A stretch of DNA of 56,675 bases, the filler included, from Asterionella formosa (Eukaryota): the NCBI GenBank assembly GCA_002256025.1. It is 5 parts of 5 records of this genome, joined end to end, with 100 filler letters (N's around TTAATTAATTAA, not from the genome) between each part and the next. Parts side by side here need not be neighbours in the genome. Positions count along the whole stretch, not along the records: positions 11,362 to 22,625 come from NKIB01008670.1; positions 22,726 to 33,976 come from NKIB01008672.1; 3 more parts are not named here. The stretch is one strand, 5' to 3'. The translations under genes and the position numbers were made by a program. Positions 20,101-30,955 of the stretch are shown here, in pieces. How positions within the stretch are numbered: position 1 is the first letter of the stretch; the number at the start of each line of letters is the position of its first letter. The notes beneath the pieces are model-generated. The model made no database searches. It worked only from the letters and a program-made list of their open reading frames with translations, and was not told the DNA's origin.

Positions 20101-20364
20101 CCGTTTCGCACACCAGTTCTGTCTGGTGTGCAAGAAATGGCGGGTTTGCTCCTCTATAAGCAACATTTGCCGTATTCCTAGGCGGTCGGAGTTCCCCTAA
20201 TGCTGCAGCTAAGACAATCACCTTTCGCGAATGATGGTTGGGTACTCACCTATGCAAACAAAACTAGGGAAGCACAGGTCTTGTTCTTCGGCAGGTAGCA
20301 GCACATTGAATACATGCCTTGAAAAGGGGAGTGCGAATGGGCTATAAAAAAGATTATCAACATT

Positions 20365-20760
20365 GATATGAAAGTCAGTACTAAACATTAAGGTATTTTT
20401 TGCATTTTGATCTGATGCAACCTTTCCAAGATGGTTTAATTTTCTCAATGATTCTTATCTTTTTTTTACAGTAGATAGTAGCGATAATCAAATAGCAGAA
20501 TTAATCAAGCAAGCTACTAGGGATTCAATGATGTCTCTAATTTGGTTATATCTTCAGAATTGAGAAAAGAAGGACCAAAACTAGTTCTACCGGCGATTTC
20601 AGTTTTTGTTGTTAATATTAATGCAAACAATTTATTGTTGAAAATTACCTCGTCTAGCTATAGTAGCTAGGAGGCTAGATGTATGTGCGAAATAGGAATA
20701 GTTCATTGTCATTTTTCGTGGAGACATTGAGTCTTATCAGTTCATTATTGTCATGACAGA
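20365..20760 (+). repeat. Dispersed AT-rich repeat family, copy 2
   Basis: Colinear with 39895-40275, including GGCTAGATRTAWGTGCGAAAT-GGAATRGTTCATTG...ATTGAGTCT-ATCAGTTCAT. Confidence 0.7.
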
Positions 20761-20800
20761 GATGATGAATCATTGACCCTCTTAACAACATCAAATTTAC

Positions 20801-21035
20801 AGGGAATGGTTTAGTGGTTAGCACACCTTCTGCTGTGGCGGGTTCGATTACTGCATTCTCCACCTGTCTATTTCATGTAGTTCCTAGGGTTCCGGGGTGT
20901 GCGACTGACAAAAAGACAGGTCCCGTTGTACCGAACAGATGAATAAAACCGGTATTAATTGTTTCCATTTTAAAATGTGGGCACGAGTGCGATTATTCGA
21001 TTGCTTTAACCTACTACTACAAGATTTAATTTCAA
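20801..21035 (+). mobile_element. tRNA-headed SINE-like element, copy C
   Basis: AGGGAATGGTTTAGTGGTTAGCAC...GCGGGTTCGATTACTGCATTCTCCA head, then a body shared with copy B and an AT-rich end. Confidence 0.75.
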
Positions 21036-21976
21036 TTTTTACAAAATCAGAGTGAAATGTGATTATTTGAAATCGGCTAAACCAATTGGCGACCACAATT
21101 TCAAGCAACGCTATAATCAAATGAGCATCAGTGACAGGGGAAGCAACAAATAACTAGTTCAATGGACCGGTGTAGTGATGGAGGTTTGTAAAATTGTGAT
21201 TTGCAGATGGATTGTTTGGAGATCAATTTTTGGAATGCCATGGCATTCAAATCGCCCAGCAAATAAATGGCCTACAGATCCATCAGATCTTCAAAGTGTC
21301 TCAAAACTTATGAAAGTATCTAATCAATAATTCATGTAGTTTGTTATCATTATACCTGGTGTTCATTAGTTCACCAATGCAACCAAAAGCACCACCATTG
21401 TAAATCAGCTGGTTGATTTAGCATTGTTGCTAACTTTGATTACCAGGTACGATACGGCAAAAGTTGCATGTGTCCTGAAAAACAATACCGGTACTGGTAC
21501 CTACCTCCTCAGGAGTACGAGTATGTACCAGACAAAGTTGCGGTAAATCGGAAATTTAGCTATATGTTCCTTATAGGAAGGAGCGTCTTTTGCCGCGACT
21601 CCCACAGATACCTGGTACCAGGGTACCTGGTGCTGGTGCTAGTACAGGGTACCTGGTACCTGGTATTGGTACATCAAAAAGAAAGCAGATTACCGGGACT
21701 TTTCCCAAAACGGGATGAAACTGGAAAAACTATTCGTAAATTCACCTGCCCATTGGCATTTGCACCACCGTTGCACCACAATTGCACCACCAATTGCACC
21801 ACTTTACTTAGAGTAACCTGAATTGCACCAGACTATATCAAATCCGTGCAACTATATAAATATACATAACTGTATAGGAATACATGTGATCCTAAAAATT
21901 ACAGCCCGCCAACATTTGATGAATAATTTGTTCACTTAACTTGCCAATTTCGCATCCATATACTTGAATTGTCAGA

Positions 21977-22625
21977 ATGAGTAAGAAGAATACACGCGGT
22001 GAGACTAAAAAGCTTGCCAATCTACCTCGGGATGTCTTATATGCCAAGGATACAACAGCAGATATTGAAGATAAAGTAGCCCAAGGAATTCTGAATGCTT
22101 TGGACAAATTGAAAAAGACATCTGTTGACCGACGCTTGGCAAAATTGACTGGTACAAGTGCACTCCGGTATCGTACAGAGCTAAGCTATGAGGTTCACTT
22201 TCGTGGTCTTACAAAATTCTTCAAGTTGATTGGTGATTATGAGTCACTGTTGATGCTTAGGGACAAATGTCCTGCAAACTGTCCATCGATGAAGGTAGAA
22301 TCCCTTGTAATGTATGTATGGTGGAAATACAATGCACCAAGTATGACATTATTGGATCTTGGTGGAAAGGAAGTTTACGATGTCATGGGGCATCTTATAA
22401 AATGTCGTGGGGATTGGAATGCCCCTGAAAAGCGTAAGGGATTTCGTACGGCAGTATGGTGCATTCATAAGGCTCACAATCAAACTGGTAACTACATACA
22501 GGCTTGTCAAGACTGTCGTGATATGCCCTTTGATGAGTGGTATAAGGGATGCAGTACCCACAAGGGTCATCCTGCTCTACTTAGATCTGGTAATCCTGCA
22601 TACGATTCGGTCTTTACAGATTGTT
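21977..22625 (+). CDS. Partial ORF, probable N-terminal half of a Crypton-like tyrosine recombinase (3' end lost at contig end)
   Basis: 216 open codons to the gap. IGDYESLL, CPSM, DVMGHLIKCRGDW, CxxC...CxxH and RSGNPA resemble the region upstream of the catalytic domain in stramenopile/fungal YR elements (from memory). No catalytic residues are visible. Confidence 0.45.
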
Positions 22626-22725
22626 NNNNNNNNNNNNNNNNNNNNNNNNNNNNNNNNNNNNNNNNNNNNTTAATTAATTAANNNNNNNNNNNNNNNNNNN
22701 NNNNNNNNNNNNNNNNNNNNNNNNN
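22626..22725. other. Artificial contig spacer
   Basis: N44-TTAATTAATTAA-N44. Confidence 0.97.
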
Positions 22726-25700
22726 TCGCCACCAAGGCTGATGTTCAGGCTGCGATTGTCTCCAGTCTCGCTTCCGCTGATGCAAAGAAAGAGCTCTCCA
22801 CACACCTTCCCCGTTTTAATGGTGATCCCACTAAATTTAACGAATGGTTTACTATGCTCACCACCCGGCTTAGCACCCCTGTCTGGCGCCATGTCCACCT
22901 AGCTTCCCCCTCCGACCCTTCCTATGCCACCCTCTCCCAGGCCCTCTATAGTGTCCTTATTGTCGCCCTCCACGATCAAGCTTCTTATTGTCGCCCTCCA
23001 CGATCAAGCTTCAGACCATTGGCGGAGCCGGGAGGACATCCTTCACAACGGCGTTGCTCTTCTTCAGGAGGTTACCCAGTATTATCGCGTGAGCCATTCG
23101 TACTCCCTCATCAATCTACTCACGGCCTGGGACACTCTTTTTCAAAAAGACAAAGAGACACCCCTCCAACTCTCCTTCCGCACCCGCGAGTTGGTCTCCC
23201 AAGCCTCCTCCGCCGGCCAACATTTTTCCGAGCCCTTCATATGCTATCGCTATCTCCTGGCTCTCTGTCCAGCTTTCCATTCCTTTGTTCAGCCCTATCT
23301 CCTTCATCAAAAAGATATCACAACAATGACACTGGTTACTTTGGTTGCCTCAGCAAAAACATATACTGATACCCCCGGCTTTGACCCTTCCAAGATGGGC
23401 CATACTGGCCGACCCTTGCCCTCCTCTCCTACCCCCGTGGCTGTGTCCCCCTCCGCATGGATTGGCAACACGTCCTTTTCCCATGCTCAGGCTCGCTCCA
23501 TGATTTCCTTTAAATGTCCGGTCCACCGATGCAACGCTCATGAGTTTGCTCAATGTTCCCTCATCACCCCCCGTTTCTTGATCACTCCTAAGGCCACCCC
23601 TGCTCCAGCCTCCCCTCCTTCCCGTCACAGGGGCCCCCCCCAACCTCCCCCTGGGGGTGTCCTTGGTTCCGGCCGCCTCGTTAGTGACCTCCCTTCTCCT
23701 AGCTCCTCCCTCCCAGACAGCTCCTCTTCTGCCCCTGTCCCTGCCGCCCCGGTTCCCACTCCGTCCGCTGCCGCTCGCCACGTCGCCTGTCCCACATCTG
23801 TCAACCAGTTTTCCCCCTTGGCCGAGTTCGCTGATGACGACTGCCCCGACGAGCATTTTTCCTACCTTGACCATGATGAGGACCCTTCCCCCGTGACTCT
23901 TGGTTCGGCTCGTCGCCTGGGTGCCTGCCTTGGTACCCTCCGCCACGCTCTCCCGGTCTCTGACAAAATCTGTCCGGACTCTGGTGCATCCGTCGACATG
24001 TTTCCGGACCGCTCCTGCTTTGTGACGTACATCCCCCTGGTTAATTGCTTTGTCCGTGTCGCCAACAACCACCAGACCCCAGTGCTAGGCCGGGGCACTG
24101 TCTCCATCCAACTTGGTGCTACCCACCTGGTGCGTCTCATTAACTGCCTTCATGTCCCGGCACTGGATATGCCCCTCCTCTCCATTCGCGTCCACCGTCG
24201 GCGTGGCCCTGGTTGTACCTTTCTGGCCGACCCCTCCGGGTGTTACCTGACCTTTCCTACCTTCCTTCTCTCTGTAGATGATTCTTCTGACTGTCTTCTC
24301 CCCTATGCTCCCGCCCCCCTGGCTTCCATTTACGCCTACGATGACACTTGTGCCCCCCCTGGCCTCCCTCCCTCTCCTCCCTCCGTGACTCGCCTTGCCC
24401 TCAAACGGGCCCTGGCCCCCACCATGTGCTGGCCCGTCCATCGGGTTGTTCCCCTCCCGGTTGGCTCCCATACCCCTTCCCCATCTCCGACCCTACTAGA
24501 CGTTGTCCCCGCTCCCTCCCAGCCCCCTCCAGCTGCACCCGCGGTCATGACCTGTGAACGCCCTGAATCCTTCGGTCCACAGGTCCGTCGTTTCTCCTCC
24601 CACGACCTTCATAAACTGTTTGGCAACCGCAAATTCCGAAACTACTCCATCTTCGCCACTGTGGCCACCGGCATCCATCTCTCCGAAACCTTCGAACCCC
24701 CCCTCTCTATTGGGGATGTTGTCAATATCAAACGGGGTCCCTCTGGTTCCGCCCTGCCCCACCTCGGCCCTCCATCGTGTTGGTGTTGATATCGGTTTTG
24801 GCGATGGGGTTAGCCCCGGCGGCTTTCGATACTGTCTAATGTTAGTAGATCAATACAGCCGTAAAACATGGTGTTATGGTTTAAAAGACTTAGCGAGCCC
24901 CTCTATCATTGCGGTTTTCTGGCGGTTCTTTGTTGACTCCGGTGGTATCCTCCGGATCCTTCAATGCGATTTTGACCAGAAATTTCTCGGCGGTCCCACC
25001 AACAAACTCCTCACTTCTAAAGGCATCCGCGTCAATTCAGCCCCCCCTTACCGACAATCCCAAAACGGCCTTGTCGAATCCCATTGGCGAGTTGCTGTCT
25101 CCATGGCCCGCTCCTTCTTGGCGGAGGCTGGCCTTCCTAAACGCTACTGGTTCTGGGCGGTCCGCGAGGCTTCCCTTCGGATGAACATGGTCCCATGCCT
25201 CCATGGCACCTCCAAATCCTACACCACCCCCTTCGAACTTTTTTACGGGATCAAACCTGATCTCCGTACACTCTTCCCCTTCGGCTGCATTGGATACTAC
25301 CGCCGCCCCCGTGATGGCACCCGTGGTGCTCGTACCCAGTTTGAAAGCCAAAGTTTTACTGGTATCGCCCTGGGCCGTGCCGACACTGCCAATGGGATGC
25401 TCTTTTGGAACCCTACACTCTCTCGTTTTTGCGTTTCAGCGGATTATACCCTTGATGTCACCCGCTCTGTTGCTGACCCTTTCCCATCCCTGCTCTATGA
25501 TGGGGGTCTCCACCTCCGCTTATACACCGACCCCATTTCCGCTGCCTCTGAACCTTTCCCCCCTGGCCGCTCTGTGTTCGTTCGTCTCAACTCCCATGGC
25601 GATGTTGCGGAGGGTTTGGTCAACTCCGTCCCCACCAAATCCTTCGATTTCTATTTGATTGATCTCCTTGACGGCTCCTCCCTACCCGCTTCCTTTGGCG

Positions 25701-27947
25701 ATCTCATCTCACCTGACGAAGCTCAATTCGGATTTTTCCCCCGATTCCCAGGAGGACTCGTCTACTCCAGATCCCCTTCTCCCCCTCCTTCCTCCCTGGT
25801 TGGTCTCTGGTGCCAAAGTTACCATCGCCCTTGACGGTGTCCTGGTCCGTGGTACCCTCGATTCGGATGATGATTTCGACTGGCTGTTTGTCCGGCGGAA
25901 CTCTGCGGGACAAATTGTCCATGAACACTGCTTGGTTGATCTCCCCTTCACGTGGCGCCAACGTCTCCATGAAGAAACCCTCTTCACCGGATGGAATTGC
26001 CTCCCTCCTCCTGGTCCCCCCGACATTATTCTTGGAAATGGCCATCATGTGTCGGCTTCCACCCTTCACCACCCCTGCCCTCCTACTCTTCTCCGCGCAC
26101 TCCTCCCCACTTTCCCGGACAGCCCCGTGTGGCTTGACTCCTATCGTGAAGAATATGACTCGCTCCTAGCACAAGACACCTTCTCCATTATTACCAAGCA
26201 CCAACTCTCACTCCTCCCCTGCAAGGTCCTTCCCTGCATGACGGTCCTTACTATCAAGTGTGACGAACTGGGCCATCCGGTCCGCGCTAATCCCGTATTG
26301 TTGTCCTCGGGAACCTTGAGGACACCTATTGGTCAAAATCCGATACGTACGCTCCAGTCTTAAGCCAAATCTCGCTCTGCCTCCTTCTTTCCCTCGCCAT
26401 CGAATGTCGTCGCCACCTTAAACAGGGCGATTGCAAGAATGCCTTCTGTCATCCGACACTCCCCCCTCATGAAGTGGTTGTTGTCCGCCCCCCTCCCGGT
26501 TGTCCCTTTTCCCCCCTGGTACCTATTGGCGACTCCACAAAACCCTATACGGCCTCCGACGTAGCCCCCGCCACTGGTATACCTGTTTTCGGGACGTCCT
26601 CCTCTCCCTTGGTCTTGCTCAATGCCCCCACGAACCCTGCCTCTTCTATGGGACTGTCCTCACTGGCTACCCCCTCTCTATGTTGGCATCTATGTTGACG
26701 ACTTTGCCTATTTCTCGGTCAGTGATGACGTTGAACAATGGTTTGAGGCGTCCGTCGCCGCCTCCCTCCGTGTCGATTTTATGGGGCCTCTTTCCTGGTT
26801 TTTGGGCATTTACTTTGCCTGGTTTCCTTCTTCTGGTGATACCCACCTCTCCGTCCATCTCTCTCAGGAGGCTTACCTCCGTAACCTCCTTGAACGCTTT
26901 GATATGACCACCTGTCGGTCTGCGCCTACTCCCTACCGCTCGGGTCTCGTGTACGATCGTATTACCCCCGACGGCGCTGACCTTAGCCCCTTAGCCCACG
27001 CTACCATCATTACTGCCTACCAATCCCTCATTGGCGCCCTCAACTGGCTCGCGATTAGCACTCGTCCCGATCTATCTGTCGCTGTCACTCTCCTTGCGCA
27101 GTATAATTCTACAGCCACTCCGGCCCACCTACTTGGTGCTAAATATGTTTTACGCTACCTTTCTGGGTCCCTTGACCATGGTATTGCCTTCACCTCCCAG
27201 TCTGCATCCTCCTACCTCTCCACTACCTACGGTTGGCCCAAGGATGATCCTCTCCTCACCACCTATACCGATGCTAACTGGGGCCCCCAGGACGCCTCTA
27301 AACCTCACCCCGGTGACCTCATCACTCTCACTGAATGTTGCTCTCTCCTTGGCTCCATTAGTACTCGTACTGGTGGCCCACTGGCTTGGCATGTCATTCG
27401 CGAACCTCGGGTCAGCCGTAGTACCTGCGAATCTGAAATCAAATCTGCTGACGAAGGTACCAAAGTTACACAGTTTATCCGTCACCTCCTCGCTGATCTC
27501 CACATGCCAGAGATTACACTCCCCACCACCCTCTGGAATGATAATAAGGGTGCGGTCGACTGGTCCCACAACTGTGCCAACAAGAAAATGCGCCATTTAA
27601 ACATCCGCAACATGGCTGTTCGCGATGCTCATCGTTGTTCCGAAATCCTCATTGCCCACCTCCCTGGTGCCCTTAATGTTGCTGATCTCTTCACCAAAGA
27701 ACACAAGGATGATGCCCATTTTCTCCGCCTCCGCAATATTATTGTTCCGCCCCGCGGAAAATTTCCTACTCCAGGGGGGTGTTAGTACAGGGTACCGGTT
27801 ACCCTATACTAGAACATACGCAAGTAGGTCTTTCCCAGTAGCTAGCAATAGTATCCCTAATTCTTTCACTCTAAAACTCACTTTCTCTATCAATCGATCG
27901 CTGTCGATCCATTGTAAGCGATCGTCTCTCCCTCTCTCTCTCTGACA
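22726..27947 (+). mobile_element. Ty1/copia LTR retrotransposon (diatom CoDi-type), 5' end cut by contig start, several frameshifts
   Basis: Order gag, PR (DSGAS), integrase (VDIGFG...SPGGFRYCLMLVD, CDFD, QNGLVESHW), RT (QGDCKNAF, LYGLRRSPRHW, YVDD), RNase H (TDANW, ESEIK, ADLFTK). PPT AGGGGGG at 27773-27779, then the 3' LTR. Confidence 0.95.
27780..27947 (+). repeat. Copia 3' LTR (168 bp)
   Basis: Follows the PPT directly and has TGTTAG...CTGACA inverted termini. Confidence 0.8.
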
Positions 27948-28579
27948 ACTATTTACGTATGGAATCAGAATCACCCTACAGGAAGAGAGGAATGGATTAA
28001 CCATTGGAGATCATTTCCATTTTTCACAGTTTATATCATAATTTTAGTTTACATTTTACATTTTAACCTTTATCCGGTATTGCCACTGAGAATATCGTCA
28101 CTGTTTAAGACGGTTTCTGGTTAGGAAGGTTAGCCAGCCCATTTTCCCTCCACTACATAATATATTAGGAGAAAGTTATAGTGATCGGCTCACGTTTTTA
28201 CTATTTACATAGCAAAATACTATGGCCCATATTTCGATTCATGACGTAAGTTTGCAATATATTAGCTTTTTTGATGAAAATGTAACTTCGTCAAAGCATA
28301 GAATTTCTGGCACCTGATGCGATTTCAGGGATGAAGTCTCTGGCTCATTATCGAAGAAAGTATACAATTGAGGAAATGGTAAGTTGTCCAAAATCATGAT
28401 GTCATAACTTCGGCAAGACCATCATCATCGTTGTAACTGTTGATTGTTATTTGCACTTATGTCCTGTCGTTGCTCTTGTAAACACAGCGGATGATGGGGA
28501 GGGGGGCATCGAACTTAATGCAGGAAGAAATAATCAGCAATCAGCCGCATGTGACAGGGTCGATTTCAAGGAATAATGA

Positions 28580-29430
28580 GGCAGCAAGCAATCTCCGGTG
28601 TTAGGGATCCAAAAAGTTGAGATCCCAAAGGGGACAAAGCTGTGATGTCTGTCCTACCGTCGTTGCAATCAGTGTTATCCCAATCACAAAAATTATATTC
28701 AGAAGCAGTTCCATTATCATGCAACCATGATTCGCCTGAAAGGAGATCACCAGTCGCATAATTGAACACCGCCAGCACATAGAAATGCAAAACAACATAG
28801 TCTGTGGAACTATTATAAAGTGTCGACTTGCTTCTCCAACCTTGTAAGTGCCCTTTTTGTGAGGAGCCAGTAGTTGAAAGTGCTGTTCCGTTATCAAATG
28901 AATGTTCAGCCAAGAATCCAAACAAACTTTGAGATGGGCTTACTGATGGAGTTTCTGATGGAGCCAATGTTTGAGTGATGTTTTTTTTAGCTGAATTGGG
29001 ATGGAAACGAAGATGTCAATTACCAAAAATATTAACAAAGCAGTCTTCACTTGACGTTGACATTGGGCTGTTTCTACTGCTTCAACGTCAACAAGAGAGG
29101 CACTGCTGGCAAGTTCGGAATCAACCACAAGTTCAGCATTGAATAGTGTTGCAGGTTCCAGCTGGCCTTGTTCACTTCTGAATCTCATGGAAATGCGCCA
29201 GGATGTGCCTGTTGTGGTGATGATGCCACATGGAGCTGTTGATGAGAGTGCTGTGACAAAGATATCAGTCATCTTGAGGCACCTCCCCTTTCACTTCCGT
29301 TTTCTTCCTCTGAAAACAGGATTTCATTGCTGTATTCAACAGAACTTCTTGGCAACTGATGCCAGGTCATGGAATATAGTAGCGTTGTCCAACTCATCCT
29401 CCTTTGCTTCATCTGCAAAAGGATGAGCAT
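28580..29430 (-). pseudogene. Frameshifted paralog of the LRR membrane gene, truncated before the LRRs
   Basis: Fragments AHPFADEAKEDE, AQCQRQVK, LFGFLAEHSFDNGTALSTTGSSQ and FYVLAVFNYATGD...NGTASEYNFC match 30956-32539 in several frames. Confidence 0.85.
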
Positions 29431-30955
29431 GATCTAGGCCAGCAGTAGCAGGAGTAGCAGCAATTGCATTTTACCCACACTCTTTTGCTTGTCATGGAGA
29501 GTAATGTTGTTGGAATCAGACATGATGGAATCTGGATCATCCTTTTCTGAGGATCTGGGTGCCAACTTCTTTTCCACCATTTGCCTTGGTACACGACTTC
29601 TCTCAGCAATAAGGCGCTTCTCTGCGAGGAACGACGATTCTTCTCCATCACAATGAGTTCCTTCTTGGAGAATCGACAAAGCTGGGGGCTTCTTCTCATC
29701 GGAACCTCCATTGTCAAGGGTGTCACTGGGTTCCTTCTTCTTGCCTCAACCATCATCATTATTCTTGTTATTGTAGCTTGACAAAATGGTCTGCCATGTT
29801 GTAAACGGTCTCGAAGACGAAGAGAGGACAGAATTAATGTGGTCGATGAGATAAATATAATGACACAGAAATTTAAGAATCGTACTGATGGTTGTATCAT
29901 TATTCCTGGTAGCTACGCGTGTGAAAAGAACTTTCTTCAATATGGATTCACAAAATAATCACTCTCCGTGTGATCATCAACCCAGCGTATGCAGGAGTGT
30001 TCAACGTGTCTACAATTGCCAGAAATTTAAAAAGCACTCCTAAGAGCATTCATAGAAGCAAAGAAGATCTAAAACACCAAAAAAATCCATTGGACAGACG
30101 TCCCTGGCCCACTTGAATATAACTACTACTGGTAATAATGTCGGTATATGGTTCCATTGGAATTATTTGATAAAATGAAATTGGCGCTTCGTCCAGCACT
30201 CCGGTACTCCTACCGGTTTATATGGTACCTTTTACCTGGTACTCAGACTACCCGGTAGTCTACAGTTTTGTATGGTTTATGTTACATACAGTATGCATGT
30301 GTGGACAAATGTTCGCAATAGTATTCGGACTTTCCCGGAACTCCCAGCCAGCTCAACCATTCCTCACAGCTGTTGTTCATGCATGATGGCAAGGAGTGTA
30401 ATTAATACATAGCTTGTAATTTCTCAAAATGTCCTCATCAGTCATGTAACGTTTTCACACAAGATCCATTCGGTACTAGTATTTTCTTAATTATTAAAAA
30501 AAAAGCATGTGTGACTTAACAATATTGTTCCATATCATGTATACACAAAAGTCCTTTCATCTCTCTATATATTTATTACTTAGATGATAGTGCATATAAT
30601 GCAAACAAATTATGATTTACAAAAGTTCCGGCATCATGGTGATGACTGAAAATAAAGCAATTTAGAGCTTTCATGTAGAACTCAAAGACATCAGTTGGTA
30701 CAGAAATTATTTCCGGCAGACTACCGGTAGTACGGAACCATGAGTCAAGAATTACAAACACGAGCGACATCATACGACACACACGCAAATGAATCATGGT
30801 TTTACATATGACTAAAGGTACATACATATAAGCCCTTTCTTTCATCATTCCCCTAAACGATACCGTTAGTTCAATCGTGCATACTTTATGATTATAAATT
30901 GTGTTTTCTCGTCGCTCGTCGTCTTTTGGATATCTTTCACAACAAGACCGCCAGC

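Noticed and set aside
20801..20862. Functional tRNA genes at 13600, 18669, 19988 and 20801
   Set aside because: No canonical 5-bp/7-nt anticodon arm, wrong lengths, mismatched stems and a shared non-tRNA 3' body. Treated as tRNA-derived repeats.
23350..24471. Long antisense ORFs over the copia
   Set aside because: Explained by the C-rich sense strand producing few antisense stops. The products are low-complexity G/R-rich.
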